Below, piece after piece: positions 27,584 to 36,135 of a DNA stretch of 64,000 bases. The position numbers and the translations under genes were made by a program. Under the pieces are notes generated by a model that had not been told where the DNA came from, made no database searches, and was given only the letters and a program-made list of their open reading frames with translations. The stretch's first letter is position 1; each line of letters opens with the position of its first letter. Origin of the DNA: Candidatus Aegiribacteria sp. (GTDB lineage: Bacteria > Fermentibacterota > Fermentibacteria > Fermentibacterales > JCC-6); assembly GCA_046498225.1 (NCBI GenBank), contig JAWOBF010000061.1, positions 1-64,000 of the forward strand. Direction: 5' to 3'.

Positions 27584-28192
27584 TCAGCCTCGTTTCTCGT
27601 TCAGTGCAAGAGAAAACTGCCTGTGCAGACGTCTCATGACTATTCTGCTGGCTTTCCTGAGCGTCTCGAAGACTCCGGTGCCGTCAATCGCCACTGATTC
27701 GATGCACGGTACCCGCTCCAGCCCGAGCTTCTGTCTTATGGTATCCGTGGGCAGGATGTCGGGAAGGTCTCTCTTGTTTGCCTGAAGAACCAGGCTCAGG
27801 CCCTTGCGCTTCGTGTCCCTGAGGTTCTCCTTCAGGTCCCGCAGACTGGCGATGTTGGCTTCCATCCTGGCCCTCTGGGAATCGGCCACGAAGATGATAC
27901 CGTCAACACCCTGCAGTATCAGCTGCCTGCTGTCTGTGTACATGGCCTGTCCGGGTACGCTGTAGAGATGCAGCCTTACCTTGAAACCATATATGGTGCC
28001 TGTATTTATGGGCAGGAAATCGAAGAAAAGGGTTCGCTCGTTGCCGGTGGCCAGGGATATGAGCTTGCCCCTGTCACTGGACGGGATCTGACTGTGTATG
28101 AACTTGACATTGGTGGTCTTGCCCGAAAGTCCCGGACCGGCATAGACAAGCTTGCAATCAATCTCCCTGGAACTGTAGCTAACTGTGGCCAT
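27584..28192 (-). CDS. mglA: MglA-family small Ras-like GTPase (copy 2)
   Basis: SYSSREIDCKLVYAGPGLSGKTTN, ERTLFFDFLP, YSVPGQ, NKRDL. Confidence 0.94.
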   Translation of the reverse strand: MATVSYSSREIDCKLVYAGPGLSGKTTNVKFIHSQIPSSDRGKLISLATGNERTLFFDFLPINTGTIYGFKVRLHLYSVPGQAMYTDSRQLILQGVDGIIFVADSQRARMEANIASLRDLKENLRDTKRKGLSLVLQANKRDLPDILPTDTIRQKLGLERVPCIESVAIDGTGVFETLRKASRIVMRRLHRQFSLALNEKRG

Positions 28193-28379
28193 TCGTATCT
28201 TCCCCGTTTCCAGAATCCTCGTCTTCGTTATTCGAGATTCCCTCTTTCATACCTTTTCTGAACATGTGCAGAGCCTGACCCACGGAACGGGCCAGGTCCG
28301 GGATCCTCTTGGCTCCAAAAAGAAGAAGAAGAGCTACGATTATTAATATTATCTCACCGGTGCCTGGTCGAAACATCAT
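28179..28379 (-). CDS. tatA: Twin-arginine translocase subunit TatA/E
   Basis: EIILIIVALLLLFGAKRIPDLARSVGQALHMFRKG. Confidence 0.93.
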   Translation of the reverse strand: MMFRPGTGEIILIIVALLLLFGAKRIPDLARSVGQALHMFRKGMKEGISNNEDEDSGNGEDTNGHS

Positions 28380-28406
28380 TATTACTCCCGATCCGTTGGG
28401 GCCTGC

Positions 28407-28679
28407 TCAGAACCAGCGGTAAAGATAACCCACGAACATCAGCCCGGCAAAACTCATCAGGTTCAGCTTGAAAGCTATCTCCTCCAGGGCGAACCTGAAC
28501 ACTATGAGATCGAACCCGAATGGTCCGACCGAAAACTCCAGCGCTCCCCCGAAAAAGGACCGGAGGGCGGTGGACGATTCGGGAAGCACGGCCGCGATCG
28601 ACTCACCGAAAACGGTACCGGTCATCATTCCGAAGAAGGATATCGCAATCCAGAAACCGTTCGAGCGATTATGAAGCAC
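28407..28679 (-). CDS. Small membrane protein, DUF4321-like
   Basis: About 90 aa; GTVFGE...FDLIVF...KLNLMSFAG pattern; GGAGG before GTG. Confidence 0.6.
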   Translation of the reverse strand: MLHNRSNGFWIAISFFGMMTGTVFGESIAAVLPESSTALRSFFGGALEFSVGPFGFDLIVFRFALEEIAFKLNLMSFAGLMFVGYLYRWF

Positions 28680-28700
28680 AATACCTCCAGCATCCGTAAT

Positions 28701-29240
28701 CTATTCCGGCGCACAGACTGAATCAACCCCTGCGGCCGCCGATGACAGGAATCCCTTTCTCAGCAGTACTGCGGCAACAATACCTGTAACAGCCCCCGAG
28801 AGGAAACCCCATAGGGACACCGGAAGCAGAAGGGAGGATACCGGCAGTCCCGGAATCAGCGCGGAAGCCGCCAGAAGCTGAACCCACAGGCTGGATAGAC
28901 TTCCGGCAACCGACATCCCGGGTATGGAGAAGAACTTTCTCGCGGTTCCCATCACCGCCGCCGAGGCCGCCCCTCCGGCCATGGACAGAAGGTATGCCGG
29001 AGTAGCCAGGGTTCCCATGATCAGTGCGGCTCCTGTGGACCTTAGGATATTGACCCGCAGACCGGTGAGTAGTCCGTACCTGACCACGGCGGCTACTGTG
29101 ACGACGTTTGCCAGCCCGGGCTTGATGAACGGGAGCGGTCTCGGGACCATGTTCTCGATGACCGCGGCGCCCGTGGCCAGTATTACCAGCAGCACTTCTA
29201 TCCCGGCCCGTCCCCGCGCCGTATCAGTTCCTTCCCGCAT
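28701..29240 (-). CDS. Gx transporter / heptaprenyl-PP synthase component I-like membrane protein
   Basis: IENMVPRPLPFIKPGLANVVT, SMAGG, MSVAGS. Confidence 0.8.
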   Translation of the reverse strand: MREGTDTARGRAGIEVLLVILATGAAVIENMVPRPLPFIKPGLANVVTVAAVVRYGLLTGLRVNILRSTGAALIMGTLATPAYLLSMAGGAASAAVMGTARKFFSIPGMSVAGSLSSLWVQLLAASALIPGLPVSSLLLPVSLWGFLSGAVTGIVAAVLLRKGFLSSAAAGVDSVCAPE

Positions 29241-30303
29241 CGGCGGCCTCCAGCAGTATCTTCTCCACCCGCAGGAACAGGTCCCCGGAGTCGAACTCCT
29301 CCCTGGCTCTGCGCAGCGCTCCCTTCGAGAGTTCGCTCCGGACGGCCGGGTCGCTCATCTTCCTGACCGCCTCCGCCAGCGCCAGCGGGTCTCCCGGCGG
29401 TACCACGAGCCCGCTCACTCCATGCATGTTCACCCATGGCACGCCGGTGGGAAGGGCGGTGCTGATGACAGGCACCCCGCAGGCCATCGCCTCCGTCTGG
29501 ACCATGCCGAAGGCTTCGCTGCGCATGGTGGATGGAAGAACCAGGAACCCCGCGTTCCGGTAGAGCTCCAGCAGTTTCCTGTCGTCCGGGTCTCTCTCCA
29601 TGACGATGTTCAGCCGGTCCCGCCGCGCAACTCTGGAAACGAGTCCTTCCAGAGGACCCCCGCCTGCCATTATCAGCCTTTTCTCCGGGAACTCCCTCCA
29701 GGCCCGCAGGAGTACCTCTATCCCCTTGTAGCTCCGGAATCTCCCGACGAACAGGGCGTAGCTTCCGTCCGTCTCTCCGGCGGCCGGGGTGAACAGGGAC
29801 GTATCCGTTCCGATGGGAACCACTTCGGTGTTGTCCAGGCCGGAGAGGTAGGGGGAAGTGTCCCTGTAGACGGGAGAGGTTGCCAGGACCCTTTCCGCGC
29901 CCCGGAGAAATCTTCTGAGGAATGGGCCGTACAGCGGCATGAGGAATGCCTGCCTGACTATATCGCTGTGATAGGTTACGATGTAGGGCGTGCGGCTCAC
30001 GGACAGGAGCCGGGCCATGACTGCTGAAGGAAGGGGAACATGGAACTGCACCGCGTCGGCTTCGATGGAGTCCAGCATCCTTCCCAGCCCCGGTGATATG
30101 GGGTTGGACAGCACTCGGGCGACGCAGGGGTACTCCGCCACCCTGAAACCGGAGACAGTCCTTTCCCGCCCCTCTCTTCCCGCCACCAGCACCGTTACCC
30201 GGTGGCCCCTCTGCGACAGGAATGCCGAGAGGTCGTGAATGTACCTCTCTATCCCCCCCGTGAGGAAGGGGTGGACGTCCTTGTACACCTGCAGCACTCT
30301 CAA
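29224..30303 (-). CDS. Glycosyltransferase family 4
   Basis: GGIERY, TYHSDIVRQ, SEAFGMVQTEAMACG (EX7E). Confidence 0.92.
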   Translation of the reverse strand: MRVLQVYKDVHPFLTGGIERYIHDLSAFLSQRGHRVTVLVAGREGRERTVSGFRVAEYPCVARVLSNPISPGLGRMLDSIEADAVQFHVPLPSAVMARLLSVSRTPYIVTYHSDIVRQAFLMPLYGPFLRRFLRGAERVLATSPVYRDTSPYLSGLDNTEVVPIGTDTSLFTPAAGETDGSYALFVGRFRSYKGIEVLLRAWREFPEKRLIMAGGGPLEGLVSRVARRDRLNIVMERDPDDRKLLELYRNAGFLVLPSTMRSEAFGMVQTEAMACGVPVISTALPTGVPWVNMHGVSGLVVPPGDPLALAEAVRKMSDPAVRSELSKGALRRAREEFDSGDLFLRVEKILLEAADAGRN

Positions 30304-31379
30304 ACGGAGAACTCCCCGTACACCCCGAGGACCTTCTCTGTCATTCCTTCTATGGTGTGAAGGGCGGCGAAACCTTTGAGCTTCCCCCTGTCCGTCGCGG
30401 TGTCCAGCGCTTCCAGAACGGCCATGGAGATGGACCGGGGATCGAACCCGGAAGCCACAGTCGAAATACCCGAGTAGATCTCGGTCAGAGCCGCGGCGGG
30501 AGTCACAACCGAAGGTACACCCGCCGACGCGGCCTCCAGCGGCGGCAGGCCGAAACCCTCGTACAGGGAGGGGTAGACCATGAGGGAAGCGCCGCTGACA
30601 CAGCTCTTCAGAAGTTTCTCGGACAGACTGCCGGTATGCAGCACTCCCGCGGTTCCCATGAGGTCCCTTCTAAGGTCCGGCGGTCCCCAGCCCCACCTTC
30701 CCGCTATAACCAGGGTCAGCCCGGGGTGCTCCCGCCTTACTTCCGGCCATGCTTTCAGTAGAGCGCTCAGGTTCTTTCTGGGCTCGACCGTGCCTGCGAA
30801 GACGATGTAGCCGTTACGAATGTCGAAGGCGTCCCTGAAGATCTCCGGATCTTCCAAGAACGGCTCCGTGCACAGATATATCCTTCGAATCCTGTCCCTT
30901 TCCACCTTCAGGAGAGTCGCCGCCTCTTCTCCGGTGAAATCGCTGTCCACCATCACAGCGTCCGCCTTCAGGGCAACCCTTTTGAAGTGCAGTCTGTAGT
31001 AGATCGATCTGAAGGGGGGGAACCAGGAGGGATGGCGGCAGAAAGCCAGATCATGCAGCGTGACCACCAGCGGGACCCCGGGAACCCCTCTTCCGGAGAA
31101 TGCGGGCAGATGGACAAGGCCGGGCCGATGCCTCCTCCCTGTTGCCGGAATGAGCAGGTTCTCCCATATGATCTTTACCGCGCCGGACATAGGTTTCATG
31201 TCCAGTGCCCTTCGGGGGGTGGTGATAACTCCTCCCACCGCCGCGAGGACACCGGTATCTATTCCGCTCAGTCCGAACAGCAGCCTTTCGAGGTAAACAC
31301 CGGTACCGCCCCTGTTGCCAAGGGCGTCAGCGTATATCAGTACCGGTCCTTTGCTCCCTCCGGGGCTAGCGGATCTCAA
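30300..31379 (-). CDS. Glycosyltransferase family 4 (MtfB-like)
   Basis: TLHDL, EPRKNL, PSLYEGFGLPPLEA; start approximate (TTG 31379). Confidence 0.9.
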   Translation of the reverse strand: MRSASPGGSKGPVLIYADALGNRGGTGVYLERLLFGLSGIDTGVLAAVGGVITTPRRALDMKPMSGAVKIIWENLLIPATGRRHRPGLVHLPAFSGRGVPGVPLVVTLHDLAFCRHPSWFPPFRSIYYRLHFKRVALKADAVMVDSDFTGEEAATLLKVERDRIRRIYLCTEPFLEDPEIFRDAFDIRNGYIVFAGTVEPRKNLSALLKAWPEVRREHPGLTLVIAGRWGWGPPDLRRDLMGTAGVLHTGSLSEKLLKSCVSGASLMVYPSLYEGFGLPPLEAASAGVPSVVTPAAALTEIYSGISTVASGFDPRSISMAVLEALDTATDRGKLKGFAALHTIEGMTEKVLGVYGEFSV

Positions 31380-32349
31380 CTTGGCACGAACTGCCGGCTG
31401 TGAGCCTGGCGGCTGAGCCGGTGACCTTGACGTCTTCGCCTGTAATGGAATCACGGACCATGGTTTCCTTTATGGCCGTTCCAGCCCCGAGGATGGAATT
31501 CGAGACAATGGAGCCCTCTATTCTGCATCCCCCGGAAATGGAGACGAAGGGACCGATGATCGAGGATGCTATCTCCGCGTCCTCCTCCACGCTCACGGGA
31601 GGGATGACCAGCGAGCCTTCAATGCCGCCCGGGTCCCTGCCCCTTCCCAGTTCCAGCAGCCGGCGGTTGGTGGTGAGAATGGTCTCCGGTTTGCCGCAGT
31701 CGTACCATCCGTCCACCTGGAATGCGCCGAACCTGTGTCCTTCGTCCAGCATCATCTGCATGGCGTCGGTGAGCTGGTACTCGCCCCTTGTCTTCCTGCC
31801 GCTTCGTACGAGCCTCTCCGTTGCCTCCATGAGAAGGCTGCCGGACCGGAAGCCGTATATTCCGACTATGGCCAGGTCGCTGACGAACTCCGAAGGCTTC
31901 TCCACCAGCTTCATTACTCTGTCACCCTGCATGACCACCACGCCGAACCTCCTGGGGTCCTCCACCCTTCTGACGGCTATCATATTGCGGTCTTCACTTA
32001 TGGCCTCTTTAAGGTCCGCGCTGAAAAGGGTGTCTCCCAGCACCACCAGTGTCGGGCGGTCATCCGCCATGGGAGAAGCGAGGCTGATGGCGGAGGCAAG
32101 TCCGTCCATCTTCTCCTGGAAGGCGAAATCGACCTCTATGTCAGGGTAGTTCTTCCGGGTCCAGTCCACTATCTCATCCCCCAGGTAACCTACGATCAGA
32201 GTAATGTGATCCACCCCGGAGTCGACCAGGCCGTCGATTATGTGTCCCAGCATGGTGTTCCCCGCGAGTCGAATGAGGACCTTGGGGACGGACCATGTGA
32301 GAGGTCTCATTCTGGTGCCCTTTCCCGCCACGGGGATTATCGCGTGCAT
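31366..32349 (-). CDS. Sugar-phosphate nucleotidyltransferase (long-form glucose-1-P thymidylyltransferase-like)
   Basis: IPVAGKGTRMRP...PK, LGDT, VEKP, GEYQLTD, WYDCG, C-terminal left-handed beta-helix. Confidence 0.9.
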   Translation of the reverse strand: MHAIIPVAGKGTRMRPLTWSVPKVLIRLAGNTMLGHIIDGLVDSGVDHITLIVGYLGDEIVDWTRKNYPDIEVDFAFQEKMDGLASAISLASPMADDRPTLVVLGDTLFSADLKEAISEDRNMIAVRRVEDPRRFGVVVMQGDRVMKLVEKPSEFVSDLAIVGIYGFRSGSLLMEATERLVRSGRKTRGEYQLTDAMQMMLDEGHRFGAFQVDGWYDCGKPETILTTNRRLLELGRGRDPGGIEGSLVIPPVSVEEDAEIASSIIGPFVSISGGCRIEGSIVSNSILGAGTAIKETMVRDSITGEDVKVTGSAARLTAGSSCQVEIR

Positions 32350-32350
32350 A

Positions 32351-34129
32351 TCAGACGTCACCATCCTTCCTGTCACGGTGTATCTCGTCCAGTATTATCT
32401 GCGGATACCTTGAGGCGACGTAATGAAGTACGAACCTCCTTATCTCATCACCGGAACCCATGGAGAGGGCGGTGGCGGCGATTTCCTCCGCTTCCTTCAT
32501 CTCGATGACCCTTATCATCTCCTTGACGTCCGGTATCAGCGTGATGGGGACGCTGAACTCGTTGAGACCGAAACCGAGAAGAAGGGGAACGGCCAGGGGG
32601 TCGCTGGCCATCTGGCCGCAGATGCCCACCCATTTTTCAGCTTCCCTGCATTTTTCGGCCACCATCGATATCTGACGGATGACCGCCGGATGGAAAGAAT
32701 CGAAGAGCTCGGAGACGTAGGGGCTGCCCCTGTCCACCGCCAGGGTATACTGGGTGAGGTCATTGGAGCCTATGGAGAAAAAATCGCTGTGGGGGATGAG
32801 CAGGTCCACAGCCAGTGCTGCCGCCGGGGTTTCCACCATTATTCCAAGGGGGGGGATATCGCCCCTCTTCACCCCTTCCCGGTCGAGCCTGGCCGCTATC
32901 TCCTTCAGCATGGACCTGACCCTGATTATCTGGCTCTGGTCCGTGATCATGGGTATCATTATTCTGCAGTTGCCGAACCTGGCCGCCCTGAGAAGGGCCC
33001 GCAGCTGGGGGGTGAACTTCTCCGGCCTGTCAAGACATATCCTGATTGCCCTCCACCCGAGGAACGGGTTCCTCTCCACCGTTGGTATGGTGTCCAGGAA
33101 CTTGTCCCCCCCAAGGTCCAGGGTCCTGATTATCACCGGGTCCGGATCCAGGGTTTCGAGAACGTGCGTGTACGCCTCGTAATGAGCTTCCTCGCAGTCC
33201 CCCCCACCCGGCGCCAGCATCCTTATGAACTCGGTCCTGAAGAGTCCCACTCCCCGGCCTCCGAAACGTCCAACCTGGTCCGCCTCCTGGGAGAACTCTA
33301 TGTTGGCTGAAAGCTCTATGGGAATGCCGTCCGCGGTGACGGTGGGATTCTCGGCGTTAAGGGCTATCTCGGCCTCCGCGATGTTGTATCTCTGCTTCAG
33401 ATGGGAATAGTACTCCAGTTCCTCATCGTCGGGGTCGAGTATCACGGTGCCGTGGATGCCGTCGATTATCACCGTCTGTCCCGGCAAAGCGCACTCCGCC
33501 ACGTCCCCCAGACCGACAACCGCCGGTATGCCCATGCTCCTGGCCAGAATGGAAGTGTGAGATGTGGATCCACCAAGGTCGGTCACGATGCCCAGGAGCT
33601 GCCTGCGGGAGAGTCCCGCCGTCTGGGAGGGGTCGAGGTCACGGGAGACCAGGATGACCGGGTTGTTCAGTGTTTTCAGCGCTTCCCGCTCCGTGCCCAT
33701 CAGATTGGCCATGAGCCTTCGGCCCACGTCTCGCACGTCCGCCCCCCTGCTTCTGAGGTAGGGGTCCTTCATGGAGTTGAACCTCTCCAGGACATCGTAC
33801 AGAACCTGGCTCACAGCGTACTCCGCGCTTACCTTCTCCCGCCTTATCCTCCGTTCCACGTCGGATATCAACGAGGGGTCGTTGAGAAGGAGTATGTGGA
33901 CTTCGATAAGCTGCTGCCCCTCTATCAGGTCGCTTATCCTGTCGGATATGATCTCCAGTTCCTTCCGGGTTTGCTCCAGGGCCTCCCTGAACCTGCCAAG
34001 CTCCACCTCCACCTGGTCCTCGGTCGTGAGCTCCCTCTTCCTTACCCTTATCTCCTCCACGTTCAGGAGGAAGGCGGGTCCTATGGAAACGCCCGGCGAG
34101 GCGGGCACTCCGGTAAGTCTGATGCTCAA
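32351..34129 (-). CDS. ptsI: PTS enzyme I (PEP-protein phosphotransferase)
   Basis: GSTSHTSILAR (phospho-His), GLFRTEF, RTLDLGGDK, NPFLGWRAIR, SIGSNDLTQY. Confidence 0.96.
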   Translation of the reverse strand: MSIRLTGVPASPGVSIGPAFLLNVEEIRVRKRELTTEDQVEVELGRFREALEQTRKELEIISDRISDLIEGQQLIEVHILLLNDPSLISDVERRIRREKVSAEYAVSQVLYDVLERFNSMKDPYLRSRGADVRDVGRRLMANLMGTEREALKTLNNPVILVSRDLDPSQTAGLSRRQLLGIVTDLGGSTSHTSILARSMGIPAVVGLGDVAECALPGQTVIIDGIHGTVILDPDDEELEYYSHLKQRYNIAEAEIALNAENPTVTADGIPIELSANIEFSQEADQVGRFGGRGVGLFRTEFIRMLAPGGGDCEEAHYEAYTHVLETLDPDPVIIRTLDLGGDKFLDTIPTVERNPFLGWRAIRICLDRPEKFTPQLRALLRAARFGNCRIMIPMITDQSQIIRVRSMLKEIAARLDREGVKRGDIPPLGIMVETPAAALAVDLLIPHSDFFSIGSNDLTQYTLAVDRGSPYVSELFDSFHPAVIRQISMVAEKCREAEKWVGICGQMASDPLAVPLLLGFGLNEFSVPITLIPDVKEMIRVIEMKEAEEIAATALSMGSGDEIRRFVLHYVASRYPQIILDEIHRDRKDGDV

Positions 34130-34134
34130 ATCAT

Positions 34135-34401
34135 TCAGTCCTCTCCAAACCCTTCCCGAATGAGCCTGACGACGGAACTGACGGCTTCCTGTTCATCTTC
34201 TCCCTCCGCCTTCACCTCTATGACGCTTCCCCTGCACGCCGCCAGCGTCATCACCCCCATGATGCTCTTCGCGTTGACCGTCACTCCGTCGACCGTGAGG
34301 TCGACGGTGCTGTCGAACAGTGAAGCGGTTTTGACTATCTGGGCCGCGGGCCTGGCGTGAATTCCCAGCGTGTTCACCACTTCGGCTTTCTCAGTTTTCA
34401 A
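34135..34401 (-). CDS. ptsH: Phosphocarrier protein HPr
   Basis: GIHARPA (His15), NAKSIMG (Ser46); TTG start with GGAGG. Confidence 0.96.
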   Translation of the reverse strand: MKTEKAEVVNTLGIHARPAAQIVKTASLFDSTVDLTVDGVTVNAKSIMGVMTLAACRGSVIEVKAEGEDEQEAVSSVVRLIREGFGED

Positions 34402-34419
34402 TGGAGCCTCCGGTTCGGT

Positions 34420-35391
34420 TCATTCGCCTCTGGATTCGGTCTCTTTCCTGATTATTCGGTGGATCAGGTCCCTCTCCACCTCTTCCGGCACGTTCCTGCC
34501 TTTCTTCAGCAGCAGGTGGTTCATCACCGCGACCTCCAGGAGGAGGGTGAGGTTCCTGCCGGGAAGCACGGGTATGACCGTCCTGGGTATCGGAAGGTCC
34601 AGTATTGTGCTGAGCTGCTGGACAAGGCCGGTCCTGTCGAAATCCTGGTTCTCCCTGGTCCATTCCTCCAGCTTTACCTCGAGGCTTATCTGCTGCCTGT
34701 CCTTTACCGCCCTTATTCCGTAGAAAGCGGAAACATCCACCAGCCCCAGTCCCCTTATCTCCATATGATGGGCCATGGCGGAGTCGCCGGCCCCGAACAG
34801 GGCGCTGCCTATGCGGTGCACGTGAACGATGTCGTCGGCTATGAGCCTGTGGCCCCTCTCTATGAGACCCAGGACCGTCTCGCTCTTCCCTATCGCGCTC
34901 CTTCCGGTGCACAGCAGGCCGGCCCCGAACACCTCCACCAGTGTTCCGTAGACATCAGTCCTGGGAGCGAAAACGAGATCCAGGAAATTCGTCAGGTCAT
35001 GTATGAGGGGAGTGGTGTCCCGGCTGGAACGGAAAAGGGCGGCGCCGTTCTTCTCGGAGAGGTCCACCAGTTCCTTCGGAGGTTCCAGATCCTTGGTGAC
35101 GATAGAGCAGTAGACGGGAAGGTCGAAGAGGGAGGTGAGCGATGAACTTCTCTCATGGTCCTGAAGGGACTCGAGGTAGGATATCTCCGTCTCTCCGAAT
35201 ATCTGTATGCGCTCGTGCAGGAACTTGTGAAGATAACCGGTGAGAGCCATTCCAGGCCGGCTGATGTCGGGGGATGAAACCGTCCTGTCGTGCCCGGTGT
35301 CTCCGTTCACCGGGCGAAGATCCAGCTCGTCACCCAGTATATCGAACAGCCTTCCGACGGTGAGTTCCTTCCTGTCGGGGATGTCTCTCAT
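34420..35391 (-). CDS. hprK: HPr(Ser) kinase/phosphorylase
   Basis: RPGMALTG, ERIQIFG, GRSAIGKSE, RGHRLIADD, EIRGLG, PGRNL. Confidence 0.95.
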   Translation of the reverse strand: MRDIPDRKELTVGRLFDILGDELDLRPVNGDTGHDRTVSSPDISRPGMALTGYLHKFLHERIQIFGETEISYLESLQDHERSSSLTSLFDLPVYCSIVTKDLEPPKELVDLSEKNGAALFRSSRDTTPLIHDLTNFLDLVFAPRTDVYGTLVEVFGAGLLCTGRSAIGKSETVLGLIERGHRLIADDIVHVHRIGSALFGAGDSAMAHHMEIRGLGLVDVSAFYGIRAVKDRQQISLEVKLEEWTRENQDFDRTGLVQQLSTILDLPIPRTVIPVLPGRNLTLLLEVAVMNHLLLKKGRNVPEEVERDLIHRIIRKETESRGE

Positions 35392-35405
35392 GGGGACCAG
35401 CTCCG

Positions 35406-35948
35406 TTACTCCTGTTCTCTGACCAGCTCCACCACCTGGGTCTTGCCCCCGCTGGCGGAATAGACAACACTCAGTCTGCCCGTTTCATTGTTCTGAAATA
35501 CATAGCGCTCATCAGGGTCTATCTCGTAGTTGATTATGGCTTCCTCGGTGTTCAGCCTGGGTATTACCCTGGTGTCATCGATGAGTATACCCCCCTCAAG
35601 ATCCGACTCCTCCGCCGGCACATAGTAGCTCACGGACTCACCGTTGGTATCGTGGTTCTTTCTGTGGTTGTGCATCTTGTCCTTGAACTTGCGTACCTGG
35701 CTTTCGAGGGTTTCGAACGCGTCGTCGAAAGCGGAGTAGATATCGTGGGACTTGGCTTTCGAGTCCAGCTTGATATGGTTGCCCCGAACCTGAATATGTA
35801 CATGGTTGGTGCCGGATGTCACCTCGAGGATCACATGTATGTTCATTATACCGTCGTAGAATCGGTCGATCGTGCTCAGTTTCTTCTCAACGTGCTGCTT
35901 CAGGGCATCCGTAAGGTCGAAATGCCTTCCGCTGATGTCAATGTTCAT
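35406..35948 (-). CDS. hpf: Ribosome hibernation promoting factor (long HPF/RaiA)
   Basis: MNIDISGRHFDLTDALKQHVEKKL, DIYSAFD...LESQVRKFKDK plus C-terminal domain. Confidence 0.9.
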   Translation of the reverse strand: MNIDISGRHFDLTDALKQHVEKKLSTIDRFYDGIMNIHVILEVTSGTNHVHIQVRGNHIKLDSKAKSHDIYSAFDDAFETLESQVRKFKDKMHNHRKNHDTNGESVSYYVPAEESDLEGGILIDDTRVIPRLNTEEAIINYEIDPDERYVFQNNETGRLSVVYSASGGKTQVVELVREQE

Positions 35949-36002
35949 TGAGTACTCCTTCCTGGAAGTTTCCCGTTATGGGCGGGACTGATGAACATGA
36001 AC

Positions 36003-36049
36003 AAAAAAATGCTGCTCTGCATATGCCGTTTATGCACATTCCGAGCAGC
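36003..36049 (-). terminator. Hairpin plus U7 tract (intrinsic terminator/attenuator candidate) upstream of hpf
   Basis: GCTGCTC..TGCATA..TATGCA-GAGCAGC followed by ATTTTTTT on the minus strand. Confidence 0.5.
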
Positions 36050-36081
36050 CTGGGACTCATCGATGTATTTATCACGAATAA

Positions 36082-36110
36082 ATAATATAGTTCCCTGTGA
36101 GCGGGGTCAA
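36082..36110 (-). promoter_or_regulatory. Sigma70-type promoter for the hpf-hprK-ptsH-ptsI run
   Basis: TTGACC-N17-TATTAT in an AT-rich intergenic region. Confidence 0.65.
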
Positions 36111-36135
36111 CTACGGAATTCGGCAACCGCGGGAA

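Noticed and set aside
36012..36030. GG-N10-GC sigma54-like site upstream of hpf
   Set aside because: The -12 element is GAGC rather than TTGC, and the site lies inside the hairpin; too weak to call.
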